A stretch of 64,000 bases of DNA from Pristiophorus japonicus (lineage: Eukaryota), in the NCBI RefSeq assembly GCF_044704955.1, contig NC_092002.1:9858001-9922000 (forward strand), in the 5' to 3' direction. The translations under genes and the position numbers were made by a program. The notes under the pieces are model-generated. The model was not told the DNA's origin. It was given only the letters and a program-made list of their open reading frames with translations, and made no database searches. Of this stretch, positions 1 through 11,536 are shown one piece after another. Within the stretch, counting starts at the first letter, position 1; each line of letters opens with the position of its first letter.

Positions 1-980
1 CTCCCTGATAAAGTGCAACATCCCCACCGACACCTGGGAGTCCCTGGCCAAAGACCAGTCCGCCCTAAGTGGAGGAAGTGCATCCGGGAGGGCGCTGAGC
101 GCCTCGAGTCTCGTCGCCGAGAGCGCGCGGAAACCAAGCGCAAGCAGCGGAAGGAGCGTGCGGCAAACCACTCCCACCCTCCCCTTCCCTCAACCACTGC
201 CTGTCCCACCTGTGCCAGGGACTGTGTTTCCTGTCATCATCATCATAGGCAGTCCCTCGGAATCGAGGAAGACTTGCTTCCACTCCCAAAGTGAGTTCTT
301 TGATGGCTGAACAGTCCGATATCTAAGGATAAGGGGTAAGCCATTTAGGACTGAGATGAGGAGAAACTTCTTCACCCAGAGAGTGGTGAACCTGTGGAAT
401 TCTCTACCACAGAAAGTTGTTGAGGCCAATTCACTGAATATATTCAAAAAGGAGTTAGATGTAGTCCTTACTACTAGGGGGATCAAGGGGTATGGCGAGA
501 AAGCAGGAATGGGGTACTGAAGTTGCATGATCAGCCATGAACTCATTGAATGGCGGTGCAGGCTAGAAGGGCTGAATGGCCTGCTCCTGCACCTATTTTC
601 TATGTTTCTATGTTTCTAATACGAGAGCCACAGACACGGTTACAGGTGGGACAGACATTCACCGAGGGAAGGGGTGGGTGGGACTGGTTTGCCGCACGCT
701 CCTTCCGCTGTCTGCGCTTGCCCTCTTCAGCTTGAGCTCTTTGCATTGAGACTCGAAGAGCTCAACGCCCTCTCCGCTGCACTTTCTCCACCTCGGGCGG
801 TCTTCGCCCCAGGTGTCAGTGGTGATGTCGCACTTTACCAGGGAGGCTTTGAGGGTGTCCTTGTAACGCTTCTGCTGCCCCACCTTTGGCCCGTATTGGA
901 CTGTTCAGTCACCTAAGAACTCATTTTTAGAATGGAAGCAAGTCTTCTTCGACTCTGAGGGACTGCTTATGATGATGATG
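1..980. mobile_element. Cluster of RTE-clade LINE 3' fragments in both orientations, with a nested CR1 3' end (about 322-617, +)
   Basis: KDTLKASL..CDITTDTW..DRPRWRKC and CPTC..RIGLFSH peptides with (GAT)n tails; CR1 tail ending in (TTTCTATG)n. Confidence 0.85.
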
Positions 981-1393
981 AGGTTGGGCCCATACTCTCT
1001 GCAGTTTGGAAGAATGAGAGGTGATCACATTGAAACATATAAGATTCTGAGGGGGATTGACAGGGTAGCTGCTGAGAGGCTGGTTTGAGAGTCTAGAACC
1101 AGGGGTCACACAGTCTCAGGATAAGGGGTGGGTCATTTGGGACTGAGATGTGGAGGAATTTCTTCACTCAGAGGGTGGTGAATCTTTGGAATTCTCTGCC
1201 CCAGAGGGCTGTGGAGGCTCAGTGGTTGAGTATATTCAAGACAGAGATCGGTAGATTTTTGGATATTAGGGGAATCGAAGGATATGGGGATCGGGCGGGA
1301 AAGTGGAGTTGAGGTCGAAGATCAGCCATGATTTTATTAAATGGCGGAGCAGGCTCGAGGGGCCGAATGGCCGACTCCTGCTCCTAATTCGTA
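981..1393 (+). mobile_element. CR1 LINE 3' fragment
   Basis: LGxYSL..RRMRGD..ETYKILRG-type coding remnant plus tail GAATGGCGGAGCAGGCTCGAGGGGCCGAATGG. Confidence 0.85.
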
Positions 1394-1626
1394 TGAGCCC
1401 ATTGCTGAGAGGATGTGGTAGGAACAGAGCCTGGAGAAACAGAGGGCTCTTTTCACTAGATCACAGAAACATTTGCAGGCTGTGGGAAAAGAGCAAGGGA
1501 GTGGGACTAATTGGATAGCTCTGTAAAGGAGCCAGCATATGGGCACATTGAACTGAATGGCCATCTTCTGCACTGGGCAATTTAATGATTCTTTTGTGTG
1601 TGTGTGTGTGTGTGTGTGTGGTGCGA

Positions 1627-1948
1627 TTGTAGATTCCTCCAGCCCTACAACCCTCCGCATTCTCTCCGCTCCTCTAATTCTGCCCTCTTGAGCATCCCCG
1701 ATTTTAATCGCCCCATCATCGGTGGCCATGCCTGCAGTCGCTTGGGCCCCAAGCTCTGGAACTCCCTCCCTAAACCTCTCCCCCTCTCCCTCCTCCTTAA
1801 AGACGCTCCTTAAAACTGCCCTCTTTGACCATCAGTCCTAATTTCCCCCGACGTGGCTCAGGGTCAAATTTTGCTTGATGATGTACGGTGAAGCACCTTG
1901 GGATGGTTTACTACGTTAAAGGTGCTATATAAATGCAGGTTAATGTTG
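1627..1948 (+). mobile_element. L2-clade LINE 3' fragment
   Basis: LRSSNSALLSIP..IGG.A..LGPKLWNSLP followed by tail ...CTACGTTAAAGGTGCTATATAAATGCA. Confidence 0.8.
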
Positions 1949-2151
1949 CATTTGCGCGTTCTCGCCGAACCTGTCCTCACTCATTGGAGGAGCTGGAACA
2001 GGATTTGAGCTTCTTCCCAAGCCTAATCAACGAGAGGAACTCAAGCAATAAATGGGAGTATGAACACAAGGGGTAGCCGCTCTTCTGCACGCATATGCTA
2101 AACCAGAACTTTTAATAGAATCTTGCAACACAGGTGGCCACGGCTGTGTGT

Positions 2152-2622
2152 GTCAGCCGTGGCTGAGTGGGCAGCACTTTCCGCTCAGAATCAGAAGGTC
2201 GTGAGTTTAAGTTCCGGGGACTTGAGCCCATAATGTAGCCTGGCAGTTCAGTGCAGTGCTGAGGGAGCGCCGCACTGTCGGAGGTGCCGTCTTTCAGATG
2301 AGACGTTAAACCGAGGCCCCGTCTGCTCTCTCAGGTGGACGTAAAAGATCCCACGGGCACTAGTTCGAAGAAGAGCAGGGGGAGTTCTCCCCGGTGTCCT
2401 GGGGCCAATATTTATCCCTCAATCAACATAACAAAAACAGATTATCTGGGTCATTATCACATTGCTGTGTGTGGGAGCTTGCTGTGCGCAAATTGGCTGC
2501 CCCGTTTCCCACATTACAACATGACTACACTCCAAAAAGTACTTCATTGGCTGTAAAGCGCTTTGGGACGTCCGATGGTCGTGAAAGGCGCTATAGAAAT
2601 GCATGTTTCTCCTTTCTTTCTT
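2152..2622 (+). mobile_element. tRNA-headed Deu-domain SINE (SacSINE1-like), near full length
   Basis: A-box GTGGCTGAGTGG and B-box-like head; central GGAGGTGCCGTCTTTCAGATGAGACGTTAAACCGAGG...AAAGATCCC...CCCCGGTGTCCTGG as in AmnSINE1/DeuSINEs; L2-like tail; more than 20 copies in the window. Confidence 0.85.
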
Positions 2623-2677
2623 TACTGGCAAACTCTGGCAATTCCACAAGTGCAGAGACAGGAATACTGAGATAAAG

Positions 2678-3080
2678 AGAGGGGATCTCGCAGAAACATA
2701 TAAAATTCTGACGGGATTGGACAGGTTAGATGCAGGAAGAATGTTCCTGATGTTGGGGAAGTCCAGAACCAGGGGTCACAGCTTAAAGATAAGGGGTAAG
2801 CCATTTAGGACTGAGATGAGGAGAAACTTTTTCACCCAGAGAGTGGTGAACCTGTGGAATTCTCTGCCACAGAAAGTTGTTGAGGCCAGTTCGTTAGATA
2901 TATTCAAAAGGGAGTTAGATGTGGCCCTTACGGCTCAAGGGATCAAGAGGTATGTATGGAGAGAAAGCAGGAATGGGGTACTGAAGTTGCATGAGCAGCC
3001 ATGATCACATTGAATGGTGGTGCAGGCTCGAAGGGCCGAATGGCCTGCTCCTGCACCTATTTTCTATGTTTCTATGTTTA
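2678..3080 (+). mobile_element. CR1 LINE 3' fragment
   Basis: RGDLAETYKILTGLDRLDAGRMF...SRTRGHSLKIRG...FFTQRVVNLWNSLP. Confidence 0.9.
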
Positions 3081-3081
3081 A

Positions 3082-4670
3082 TACATTCACAGCAAGGAGC
3101 CTCCCCCCCGTATCTTGAAAAAGCTGCTGCACTCTCTCGCTGAACGCAGCAACTGGGCGAACGTTAGTCCCAGGAATTTCCTTTCCAGGAAATTGCACCA
3201 AATGAACATTGATAAGGATGGAACTGGGTGAGTGCAGTCCCACCCAGCTGGATGACGGATGAGAGTCGTTGGAGGAGGATGGACTGGTCAACTGCAGACA
3301 GGTTGAAAAGGTTGAGGAGGGGATAATTTGCAAGCACAGTTGGGGTCAAGGGTTGTTTTTTTTGAGGAGAGGGGTGATGACGGCAGATTTGAAAGGGAGG
3401 GGCACAATACCTGAGGAGAGAGAACCGTTAACAATATCAGCTAACATGGGGGCCAGGAAGCGATGTTAGGGGGTCAGCAGTTTAGTGGGAATAGAGTTGA
3501 GGAAGCAGGAAGTGGGTTTCATGGACAAGATGAGCACAGAGAGCTCATGAGGAGAGATCGGAGAAAAACCAGAGAAACTAGAGGGTTCAGGGCTAAGGCA
3601 GTGGAGAACCTCAGTGGAAGTTAGGCCCGGTGGGCTAGGGTTAGTGAGGAAAGTGGCAGAGGCAACTGAATGGTCTCAATCTTTGTGACAAAGAAGTCCA
3701 TGGGCTCCTCGCACTTATTGTTGGAGGTGAGGGTGAAGGAGGCGGGGGAGAGGGGTTTACGAAGATGGTTTGTAATGAAAAAGAGATGCTGGAGGTTATC
3801 TTTGAATACCAGATGATCCTGGAAGAGTGATCAGTTTTGGCAGAAGGAGAGCAGGACGAGAGCAAGTCCACCTGGATCTTGCGGTGAATGGCTGAACCAG
3901 TTGTCTGCCTAAATGTTGTGTTTTGCGTCCTTTGGACTTAAGGGAGTGGGAGATGAGGGCCGTACCGGGGGAACAGTCAGGGTGCGAGAGAGAGAAATGG
4001 TTTTACTGGGGATGGGGCATCAATGAAGGGGGTGAGGGGGTGACTGAGCAGGTCAGTAACTGCAGAAATGAAGTGGCGAAAACAAGGTAAGTACCTCGGA
4101 GGAGAGTATTTCCTGGGGGTGGACACGGAAGGCCCTGGGGTTTGGGTGAGGAAAGGGGAATGTGAGTGGAGAGGGATACAAGGAAGTGATACAGGATGGC
4201 CTTATAGGTGATGCTTTCTGAACGAAAGGGAAATTGGGAAATTGCACTCCGCTTCCATTGAGGGGGGGGGGGGGGGGTAAGGCCAATTCTGCGGCAGGAG
4301 CAGGACTTCCACGCTGGGGGCTAAAATTCCCGGCCCCAGAAGGTTACCGCCCCCATGATGGGAGCCAGTGCGGGGAGGCAGAGGGAAGTTGAGGGGAGAC
4401 GGGGGCGGGGGATGGAGGGGAGAGTCGTGGAGGTGGGGGGGGGGGGGTGGTGGGGGTGGAGAAACCCAGGGCGGGGGACAGGAGGGGCCACATTGCAATG
4501 GAGGTCTGGGGGGGGGGGGGGGGGCGAAGTGTGATGGACGGGCGGGCCTGGGGGCTCTGTGCCTCGGTGCGGGGAGTGAGGGTGGACGGATTGACTGCGC
4601 AGATGGTGGATGTGGTGTGGTTGGCGTCGCCAGGGGCGTGGCTCCGGGGGTTCAACTTCCGGGGGTGTTC
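3082..4670 (-). mobile_element. Degenerate L2-clade LINE ORF2 fragment (endonuclease-to-RT region)
   Basis: PTVLANY(R)P, HSSRII, SPSPPTISARS-like remnants on the minus strand; many stops; right part G-distorted. Confidence 0.6.
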
Positions 4671-4674
4671 GACA

Positions 4675-5058
4675 TTTGGGAAGGATTCTGACGGGACGGG
4701 GCGGGGCGGGTGCGGGGGGAGTGTTCCTGGTGTTGGGTGGGTCCGGAGCCGGTGGGGGGCAAGCTCTTGGGATAGGGGGGGGTGGGCTGTTTGGCGCTGG
4801 GATGGGGAAAGACTTCTTCACTCGGGGAGTTGTTGGCCTGTGGGGTTCCCTGCCGCGGAGAGTTGTTGATGCCAGTTCATTGGGTGTGCTCGGGAGGGAG
4901 TTGGATGTGGTCCTTGCGGCTGGAGGGGTCTGGGTGTGTGGAGGGGGCGTGGGGGGGGGTTGCTGGGGTGAGTGATCAGCCATGATCTTGTTGAATGGCG
5001 GTGCAGGCTCGAAGGGCCGAATGGCCTACTCCTGCACCTATTTTCTATGTTTCTATGA
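4675..5058 (+). mobile_element. CR1 3' fragment with heavy A>G distortion
   Basis: Colinear with CR1 copies at 2700-3070 and 28520-28878; normal tail resumes from about 4972. Confidence 0.8.
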
Positions 5059-5446
5059 ACATACCTGTGACCGCAACTCTCCGAGACCATCAGCTCATCT
5101 TTAAAAAAAAAACTGAAAAAACAGCATGGCGTGCAAACAGACGGGACAGGCGAAACAGCGTCGTTTTTGTTTTCTTCCAAAATGCAGAAATAGTGTTTAT
5201 TTTTTTGTATTTTTGTCTCAATCACACAGCAATCGCCGAGACCAACTGCTTATGAAGCAGTGCTCCCACCCACAACCGCGGAACAAGGAAGCGTCTCCCG
5301 AATGATTAGAATCCCAGCACACAGACAAGAGTTATTCATTTTGTGGAGGTAGCCCTGCATTGGACTGGCCCAAGACAGTCGCTCTGTATCTTTGACGCAA
5401 CTTTCGCACCGCTGAACCATCACTGTCCTGTTTATTTATTTTACAG

Positions 5447-5494
<48 letters not shown>

Positions 5495-5749
5495 CTCTAT
5501 ATATTCAGCAATGTAAGCTTCTGCAAAAAAGAAGCAACTTATATTTCACACATTCCCAGTTGAATGAGACCAGAAACATTTTTAAACCTTTCTTTTTTTA
5601 AAAAAAAAAACTTCCCCCTAACTTTCTCCTGTTTGCACTGGGAGAATTTAAACTATTATTGGTATCGCAGGCTAATTCGGATTTTTAGCTCTCTTCCTGC
5701 ACCCCCACCCCCGCTTCACAATCAAAAATAGCAGGTCGCCTCACAACCC

Positions 5750-6362
5750 CGGGCAGCACACTCGCCTCTGAGTCAGAAGGTCGTGGGTTCAAGTCCCACT
5801 CCCGAGGCTTGAGCACAAAAATCCAGGCCGACACACCCAGTGCAGTGCTGAGGGAGCGCCGCGCTGTCGGAGGGGCAGAGCTGAGGGAGTGCCGCGCTGT
5901 CGGAGGGGCAGAGCTGAGGGAGCGCCGCGCTGTCGGAGGGGCAGTGCTGAGGGAGTGCCGCATTGTCGGAGGGGCAGTGCTGAGGGAGCGCCGCGCTGTC
6001 GGAGGGGCAGTGCTGAGGGAGTGCCGCACTGTCGGAGGGGCCGTCTTTCGGATGAGACGTTAAACCGAGGCCCCGTCTGCTCTCTCAGGTGGACGTAAAA
6101 GATCCCACGGCCACTATTATTCGAAGAAGAGCAGAGAGAGTTCTCCCCCATGTCCTGGGGCCAATATTTATCCCTCAATCATCGTAACAAAAACACGTGA
6201 TTATCCGGTCATTATTATGTCGTTTTTTTTCTGTGCGCAAATTGGCATCTGCCTTTCCTACATTACAGCAGTGACTACACTTCAAAAAAATTAATTCATT
6301 GGCTGGAAAGCGCTTTGAGACGCCCAGCGGTCGTGAAAGGCGCTATAGAAATGCAAGTCTTT
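5750..6362 (+). mobile_element. DeuSINE copy with internal 33-bp unit expanded about 6x (5842-6040)
   Basis: SINE head and tail intact; unit GCAGTGCTGAGGGAGCGCCGCRCTGTCGGAGGG. Confidence 0.9.
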
Positions 6363-7270
6363 AATGCAACGGGTTGAATCTGCCCTGTGTAGGCCAGTTA
6401 ATGGTTCCCCTGGCCTCCCACTTCAGAATACCATGGTGATGGGGGGGCAGGGGCTGAGCATTGCAGAAACGGCCCGATTTGATAGCAACGAGACAAGACA
6501 CACTGTACAGACTGGAATTGGCTGCGTCGTATTATTTAAAAAAAAGGCCAAAGGTCAGCAGAGGCAAACTGCGGAATAATCGTGGGAAATTAATAAAGGC
6601 ACGTCAACGGGGTGGGTGGGGGCAGTGTGGTATCTCGCAGCCAAAGATAGTGCCCCTGAAGACACCATTGTCTTTTCAAACAATTTAATTTAGGCTGCTT
6701 TGTAGGCCTCATCCAATTATTTATTAGCTCGCAGTCACAGTTGCCGTTGGTTACGGTAGGACTGGTTTCTCCTCACCTGTGTGTTCCAGTCATTAAATGT
6801 CAAGTTATCCGAGGTGATTTGATGTTCCAGCTTCATTACAGTGAGGTTATCAACTTGCTGGGGGAGGGGCGAGAGTGGTGCTCAGCATAAAGATTGTGGC
6901 CAGGGCCTCCTGTCTCGAACGATTACAAGTGGGGACATTTCTCCCCCGCCCCCCCCCGCCCCTGTCTGAGGCCAGTAAAGTCACAGTTACATGGGTTGCC
7001 TGGAAACCCAATTCAGCCACGACATTACAAAATTTGGCTCGCGAGGATCGCATCAGGCTTGCGAGGGCCTCAAGGCAACTCTCAAGGCCTGTCCTCTAGG
7101 CCGATTCACAGAGGGTCTGCGGGGCAAGGGGGGGGGGGGGCGGGAAATGGGCCTATTTTTCACGAGCCTGTCAGACAAAGCCTGAGGCGAATGTAAACGA
7201 TGCCAAAACCAGTCACACACACACGCGCGCGCGCGCGCGCGGAGCGGCCATTTCGAGAGGGCACGCGGCC

Positions 7271-7285
7271 GTTGCCAGGGGTAAC
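7271..7285. promoter_or_regulatory. RFX X-box motif
   Basis: GTTGCC-AGG-GGTAAC fits GTNRCC(N0-3)RGYAAC; similar sites at 6740-6754 and 6995-7007. Confidence 0.45.
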
Positions 7286-8552
7286 GGTGCAGCCAGCAGA
7301 CTGCCCATTCGCATCAAGATAGAGTTGAAAGCCTCTTGTTTGCCAGTATGCTAACGACGGTCTGCGTCTGCGAGGGACAAAAGGACTTAGTGTTGCTACA
7401 TTCAACGAGCGATTTAAGAACAATTGAGGCACCGACAATGGAATCAGATTGTCAAAAGAATTTCGGGCGGTTTTCCAAAAAAAAAAATACATATAAATAC
7501 TCCCAATGGCTTCACTGAGGATTAGCGTTCATGTGGCTCCCAGCATTTGCAACAGCAGTTAAACTCAGCTGGATTTAAAGGAACCCACAGCCACTATTTC
7601 GAGGAAGAGCAAGGGGGTGGGTGGGGGGTGGGAATGGGGAGGGGTGGTTATTCCTCCCCCCCCCCCCCCCAGGTGTCCTGGGACCACTATTTGTCCCTCC
7701 ACCATCATCATTAAAAACTAGCTGATCTGGTCATTGTGGGAGCTTGCTGTGCGTAAGCTTTGGCTGCTGTGTTTCCCCACATGACAACAGTGATACACTT
7801 TGGAAAAAGTACTTCATTGGCTGTAAAGCACTTTGGGACGCCCGGAGGCGCTATAGCTATATATAACTTCCTTTTCTCCTTTCATTAAAATAACATTCAG
7901 GAAGAATGGAGTGTGGGGTGGGGGGGGGAAGCGCGAATTATAAAAGATTTCAGAGAAGTTCGGTCGCGATCATCCTATCTTCTCCTCCCCGCTCCACAAA
8001 CTTTTTCTTGAAGGCATTGATTTAAGTTTTGGGGGGGGGGGGTGGGGGGGCAAGGAGAATGGGTGTTTCCCTCCATTGCCTCACCCACTTGCCAAATCTT
8101 TATCCGAGCGTGGTGGGCAATTCAACAGTGGAAGGCATCACCTCCAAACTCGCTCCCCACCCCATAGTCGCACGCGCGATGTCTGGTTTCCCGAGGGGCG
8201 GCTGGACAGTGGTCAGGAGTGGGAAACCCTAGCTGATATCCCACTCCACTTCCCTTCCCTTCCCTTCCCCTCCCACCCCCACCCCCGCTCAACCCCTCAC
8301 CCTAGCCCAAGCGATACCGAGGCCAATTAAAGGCACCCCCCACCCCCCCCAACCACATATTCGAGCCTTCCTTTCAAAACTCGGCGACAGAGACTCTAAC
8401 CATTGGTCAACAACAACAAAAAATAACGTGGGTATCATCATCATCATCATCAAATCACTACTAGGCCGGAACGTGAGACATTCCTCGTGTTCCAACTGGG
8501 GTGTCCCCGGCTCCTGAGGTCCATGCAAGTCCGTGATTGCGCCCTCCTCCCC

Positions 8553-9011
8553 TCATACAATGCAGACGTACTTCTTCCACCAGGACTTTGACAGGGTCCT
8601 CATTTTGTTGGCCGTCAACATCTTCATCCGGCGCTCGCTGCCCGCCCGGCTGTCGGAGTAGCGCAGGCCGCACAAGATGGCCATGTCGAAGACGTCCTTC
8701 AGGTTCTTCTGGGTCAGCGAGGAGCACTCCACGTAGGCCACCGCGTCGGCCTTCTCGGCCAGGGCCCGGGCCGCCCCGGGGGCCACCGGCTTCTCCTTGC
8801 ACTTGGCCAGCTCGATCAGCACCTTGACGTCCTCGCGCAGGTCACACTGGGTACCCACCAGGACCACGGGGGCGGCGGGGCAGTGCTGCCGGATCTCTGC
8901 CATCCACTTCTCCGTCACGTTCTGGAAGGACGAGGGGCTGACCACGCTGAAGCACAGCAGGAACACGTCGGTCTTGTGGTAGCAGAAGTGCCGGAGCTTG
9001 TCGAACTCGTC
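8553..9011 (-). CDS. RHOU: RhoU-like GTPase, coding exon 3 (to stop)
   Basis: Acceptor CTCCCTCCCCAG|GAC; [11 protein letters not shown]...[11 protein letters not shown]...[15 protein letters not shown]...[13 protein letters not shown], closely matching the RhoU C-terminal half. Spliced product is 242 aa. Confidence 0.95.
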   Translation of the reverse strand, partial: DEFDKLRHFCYHKTDVFLLCFSVVSPSSFQNVTEKWMAEIRQHCPAAPVVLVGTQCDLREDVKVLIELAKCKEKPVAPGAARALAEKADAVAYVECSSLTQKNLKDVFDMAILCGLRYSDSRAGSERRMKMLTANKMRTLSKSWWKKYVCIV

Positions 9012-9194
9012 CTGGGGAGGGAGGGAGGAGGAGACGGAGAGAAGGTTTAAACACAAGGGCAGGAGAAACAGGAGCAGGAGGAGGCCATTCGGCCCCTCGA
9101 GCCTGCTCCGCCATTCAACGAGATCATGGCCGATCTGATCATGGACTCAGCTCCACTTCCCTGCCCGCTCCCCACAACCCTTTACTGCCTTATC

Positions 9195-9885
9195 CTGAGA
9201 TGAAGGGGTTGACTTATGAAGAAAGGTTGGGCCTATAATCATTGGAGTTTAGAAGAATGAGAGGTGATCTGATTGAAATGTATAAGATTTGGATAATCCT
9301 GCTACAACTGTACAGGGCGTTGGTAAGACCACACCTGGAGTACTGCGTACAATTTTGGTCTCCTTATTTAAGGAAGGATATACTTGCATTGGAGGCAGTT
9401 CAGAGAAGGTTCACTGGGTTGATTCCTGAGATGAGGGGGTTGACTTATGAAGAAAGGTTGAGCAGGTTGGGCCTGTACTCATTGGAATGAGAGGCGATTT
9501 TATTGAAACGTACAAGATACTGAGGGGGCTCGACAGGGTGGATGCAGAGAGGATGTTTCCACTCGTGGGGGAATCTAGAACTAGGGGCCATAGTTTCAGA
9601 ATAAGGGTTCAGAATAAGAACTGAGATGAGGAGAAATTTCTTCTCTCGGAGGGTCGTGAATCTGTGGAATTCTCTGCCCCAGAGGGCTGTGGGGGCTGGG
9701 TCACTGAATATATTTAAGGTGGAGATAGACAGATTTTTGAACGATAAGGGAGTGAAGGGTTATGGGGAGCGGGTGGGGAAATGGAGCTGAGCCCAAGATC
9801 AGATCAGCCGTGATCTTATTGAATGGCGGAGCAGGCTCGAGGGGCCGAATGGCAGACTCCTGCTCCTATGCCTTTTGTTCACATG
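9195..9885 (+). mobile_element. CR1 LINE 3' fragment in intron 2, flanked by short minus-strand CR1 tail pieces
   Basis: LLQLYRALVRPHLEYCVQFWSPYLRKDILALEAVQRRFT; inverted tail fragments near 9062-9195 and 9890-9975. Confidence 0.9.
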
Positions 9886-10039
9886 TTCTGATCTGATCTG
9901 ATCTTGGGCTCAGTTCCACTTCCCCGCCCGCTCCCATTAACCCTTCACTCCATTATCTCTCAAAAATCTGTCTAGCGCCACGAGCGAGCGAAACGAGGGT
10001 GAGAGAGGCGAGAGAGGGGGGAGAACGAGCGAGAGAGCG

Positions 10040-11415
10040 AGCCTTAGAGTCAGAAGGTTGTGGGTTCAAGTCCCACTCCAGGGACTTGAGCACAAAAAAA
10101 AAATCTATGGCTGACGCTCCCAGTGCAGTGCTGAGGGAGTGCCGCACTGTCGGAGGGGCAGTGCTGAGGGAGCGCCGCACTGTCGGAGGGGCAGCGCTGA
10201 GGGAGCGCCGCACTGTCGGAGGGGCAGTGCTGAGGGAGCGCCGCACTGTCGGAGGGGCAGTGCTGAGGGAGCGCCGCACTGTCGGAGGGGCAGTGCTGAG
10301 GGAGCGCCGCACTGTCGGAGGGGCAGTACTGAGTGAGTGCCGCACTGTCGGAGGGGCAGTGCTGAGGGAGCGCCGCACTGTCGGAGGGGCAGCGCTGAGG
10401 GAGTGACGCACTGTCGGAGGGGCAGTGCTGAGGGAGCGCCGCACTGTCGGAGGGGCAGCGCTGAGGGAGCGCCGCACTGTCGGAGGGGCAGTGCTGAGGG
10501 AGCGCCGCACTGTCGGAGGGGCAGTGCTGAGGGAGCGCCGCACTGTCGGAGGGGCAGTGCTGAGGGAGCGCCGCACTGTCGGAGGGGCAGTACTGAGTGA
10601 GTGCCGCACTGTCGGAGGGGCAGCGCTGAGGGAGCGCCGCACTGTCGGAGGGGCAGTGCTGAGGGAGCGCCGCACTGTCGGAGGGGCAGTGCTGAGGGAG
10701 CGCCGCACTGTCGGAGGGGCAGTGCTGAGTGAGTGCCGCACTGTCGGAGGGGCAGCGCTGAGGGAGCGCCGCACTGTCGGAGGGGCAGCGCTGAGGGAGC
10801 GCCGCACTGTCGGAGGGGCAGCGCTGAGGGAGCGCCGCACTGTCGGAGGGGCAGCGCTGAGGGAGCGCCGCACTGTCGGAGGGGCAGCGCTGAGGGAGCG
10901 CCGCACTGTCGGAGGGGCAGCGCTGAGGGAGCGCCGCACTGTCGGAGGGGCAGTGCTGAGGGAGCGCCGCACTGTCGGAGGGGCGGTGCTGAGGGAGCGC
11001 CGCACTGTCGGAGGGGCAGTGCTGAGGGAGTGCCGCACTGTCGGAGGGGCGGTGCTGAGGGAGCGCCGCACTGTCGGAGGGGCAGCGCTGAGGGAGCGCC
11101 GCACTGTCGGAGGGGCAGTGCTGAGGGAGTGCCGCACTGTCGGAGGTGCCGTTAAACCGAGGCCCCGTCTGTTCTCTTGGGCGGATGCAAAAGATCCCAC
11201 TGCATTATTTTGAAGAGGAGAAGCAGGGGAGTTCTCCCCGTTGTCCTGGGCCCAATATTTATCCCCCAGCCATCACTGAAATACATGATCTAATCTCTGC
11301 AAATCGCTGCTTGTGGGAGCTCGTTGCAGTTAAGCTGCTTGACGCACTTGCGTACATCAACAGTGATAGCATTTCAACGGCAATGCATTGGCTGTAAAGT
11401 GCTGTGGGATGTCCT
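10040..11415 (+). mobile_element. DeuSINE copy hosting a 1-kb internal minisatellite
   Basis: SINE head 10040-10125, array, then the SINE body resumes at GGAGGTGCCGTTAAACCGAGG. Confidence 0.88.
10125..11147. repeat. 33-bp GC-rich minisatellite, about 31 copies
   Basis: Unit GCAGYGCTGAGGGAGCGCCGCACTGTCGGAGGG; explains the 11-aa periodic ORFs. Confidence 0.97.
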
Positions 11416-11477
11416 GACGACCGGGGGGGGGGGGCGGGGGTGGGAAGGCGAGAGCTCGGTATAAGCAAATTACTCAC

Positions 11478-11536
11478 TTGTCCGGCAGTGTCACACAGCT
11501 GTAGTCTGATCGGGGTCCCGTCAACCTGGACGACAG
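11478..11536 (-). CDS. RHOU: RhoU-like GTPase, coding exon 2 (59 nt)
   Basis: Acceptor TTGTGTTGTAG|, encodes (A)VVQVDGTPIRLQLCDTAGQ (G3 box DTAGQ), donor |GTGAGT. Phase matches exon 1 (phase 1) and exon 3 (phase 0). Confidence 0.95.

Noticed and set aside
2152-2230. tRNA-like A/B boxes (GTGGCTCAGTGG...GGTTCAAGTCCC) at many sites
   Set aside because: These are SINE heads continuing into the Deu domain, not standalone tRNA genes.
4202-4985. Proline-rich and glycine-rich ORFs
   Set aside because: By-product of the G-distorted LINE remnants.
9953-11213. 415-aa and 262-aa ORFs with 11-aa periodicity
   Set aside because: Stop-free frames of a 33-bp minisatellite inside a SINE in an intron; no splice or domain evidence.
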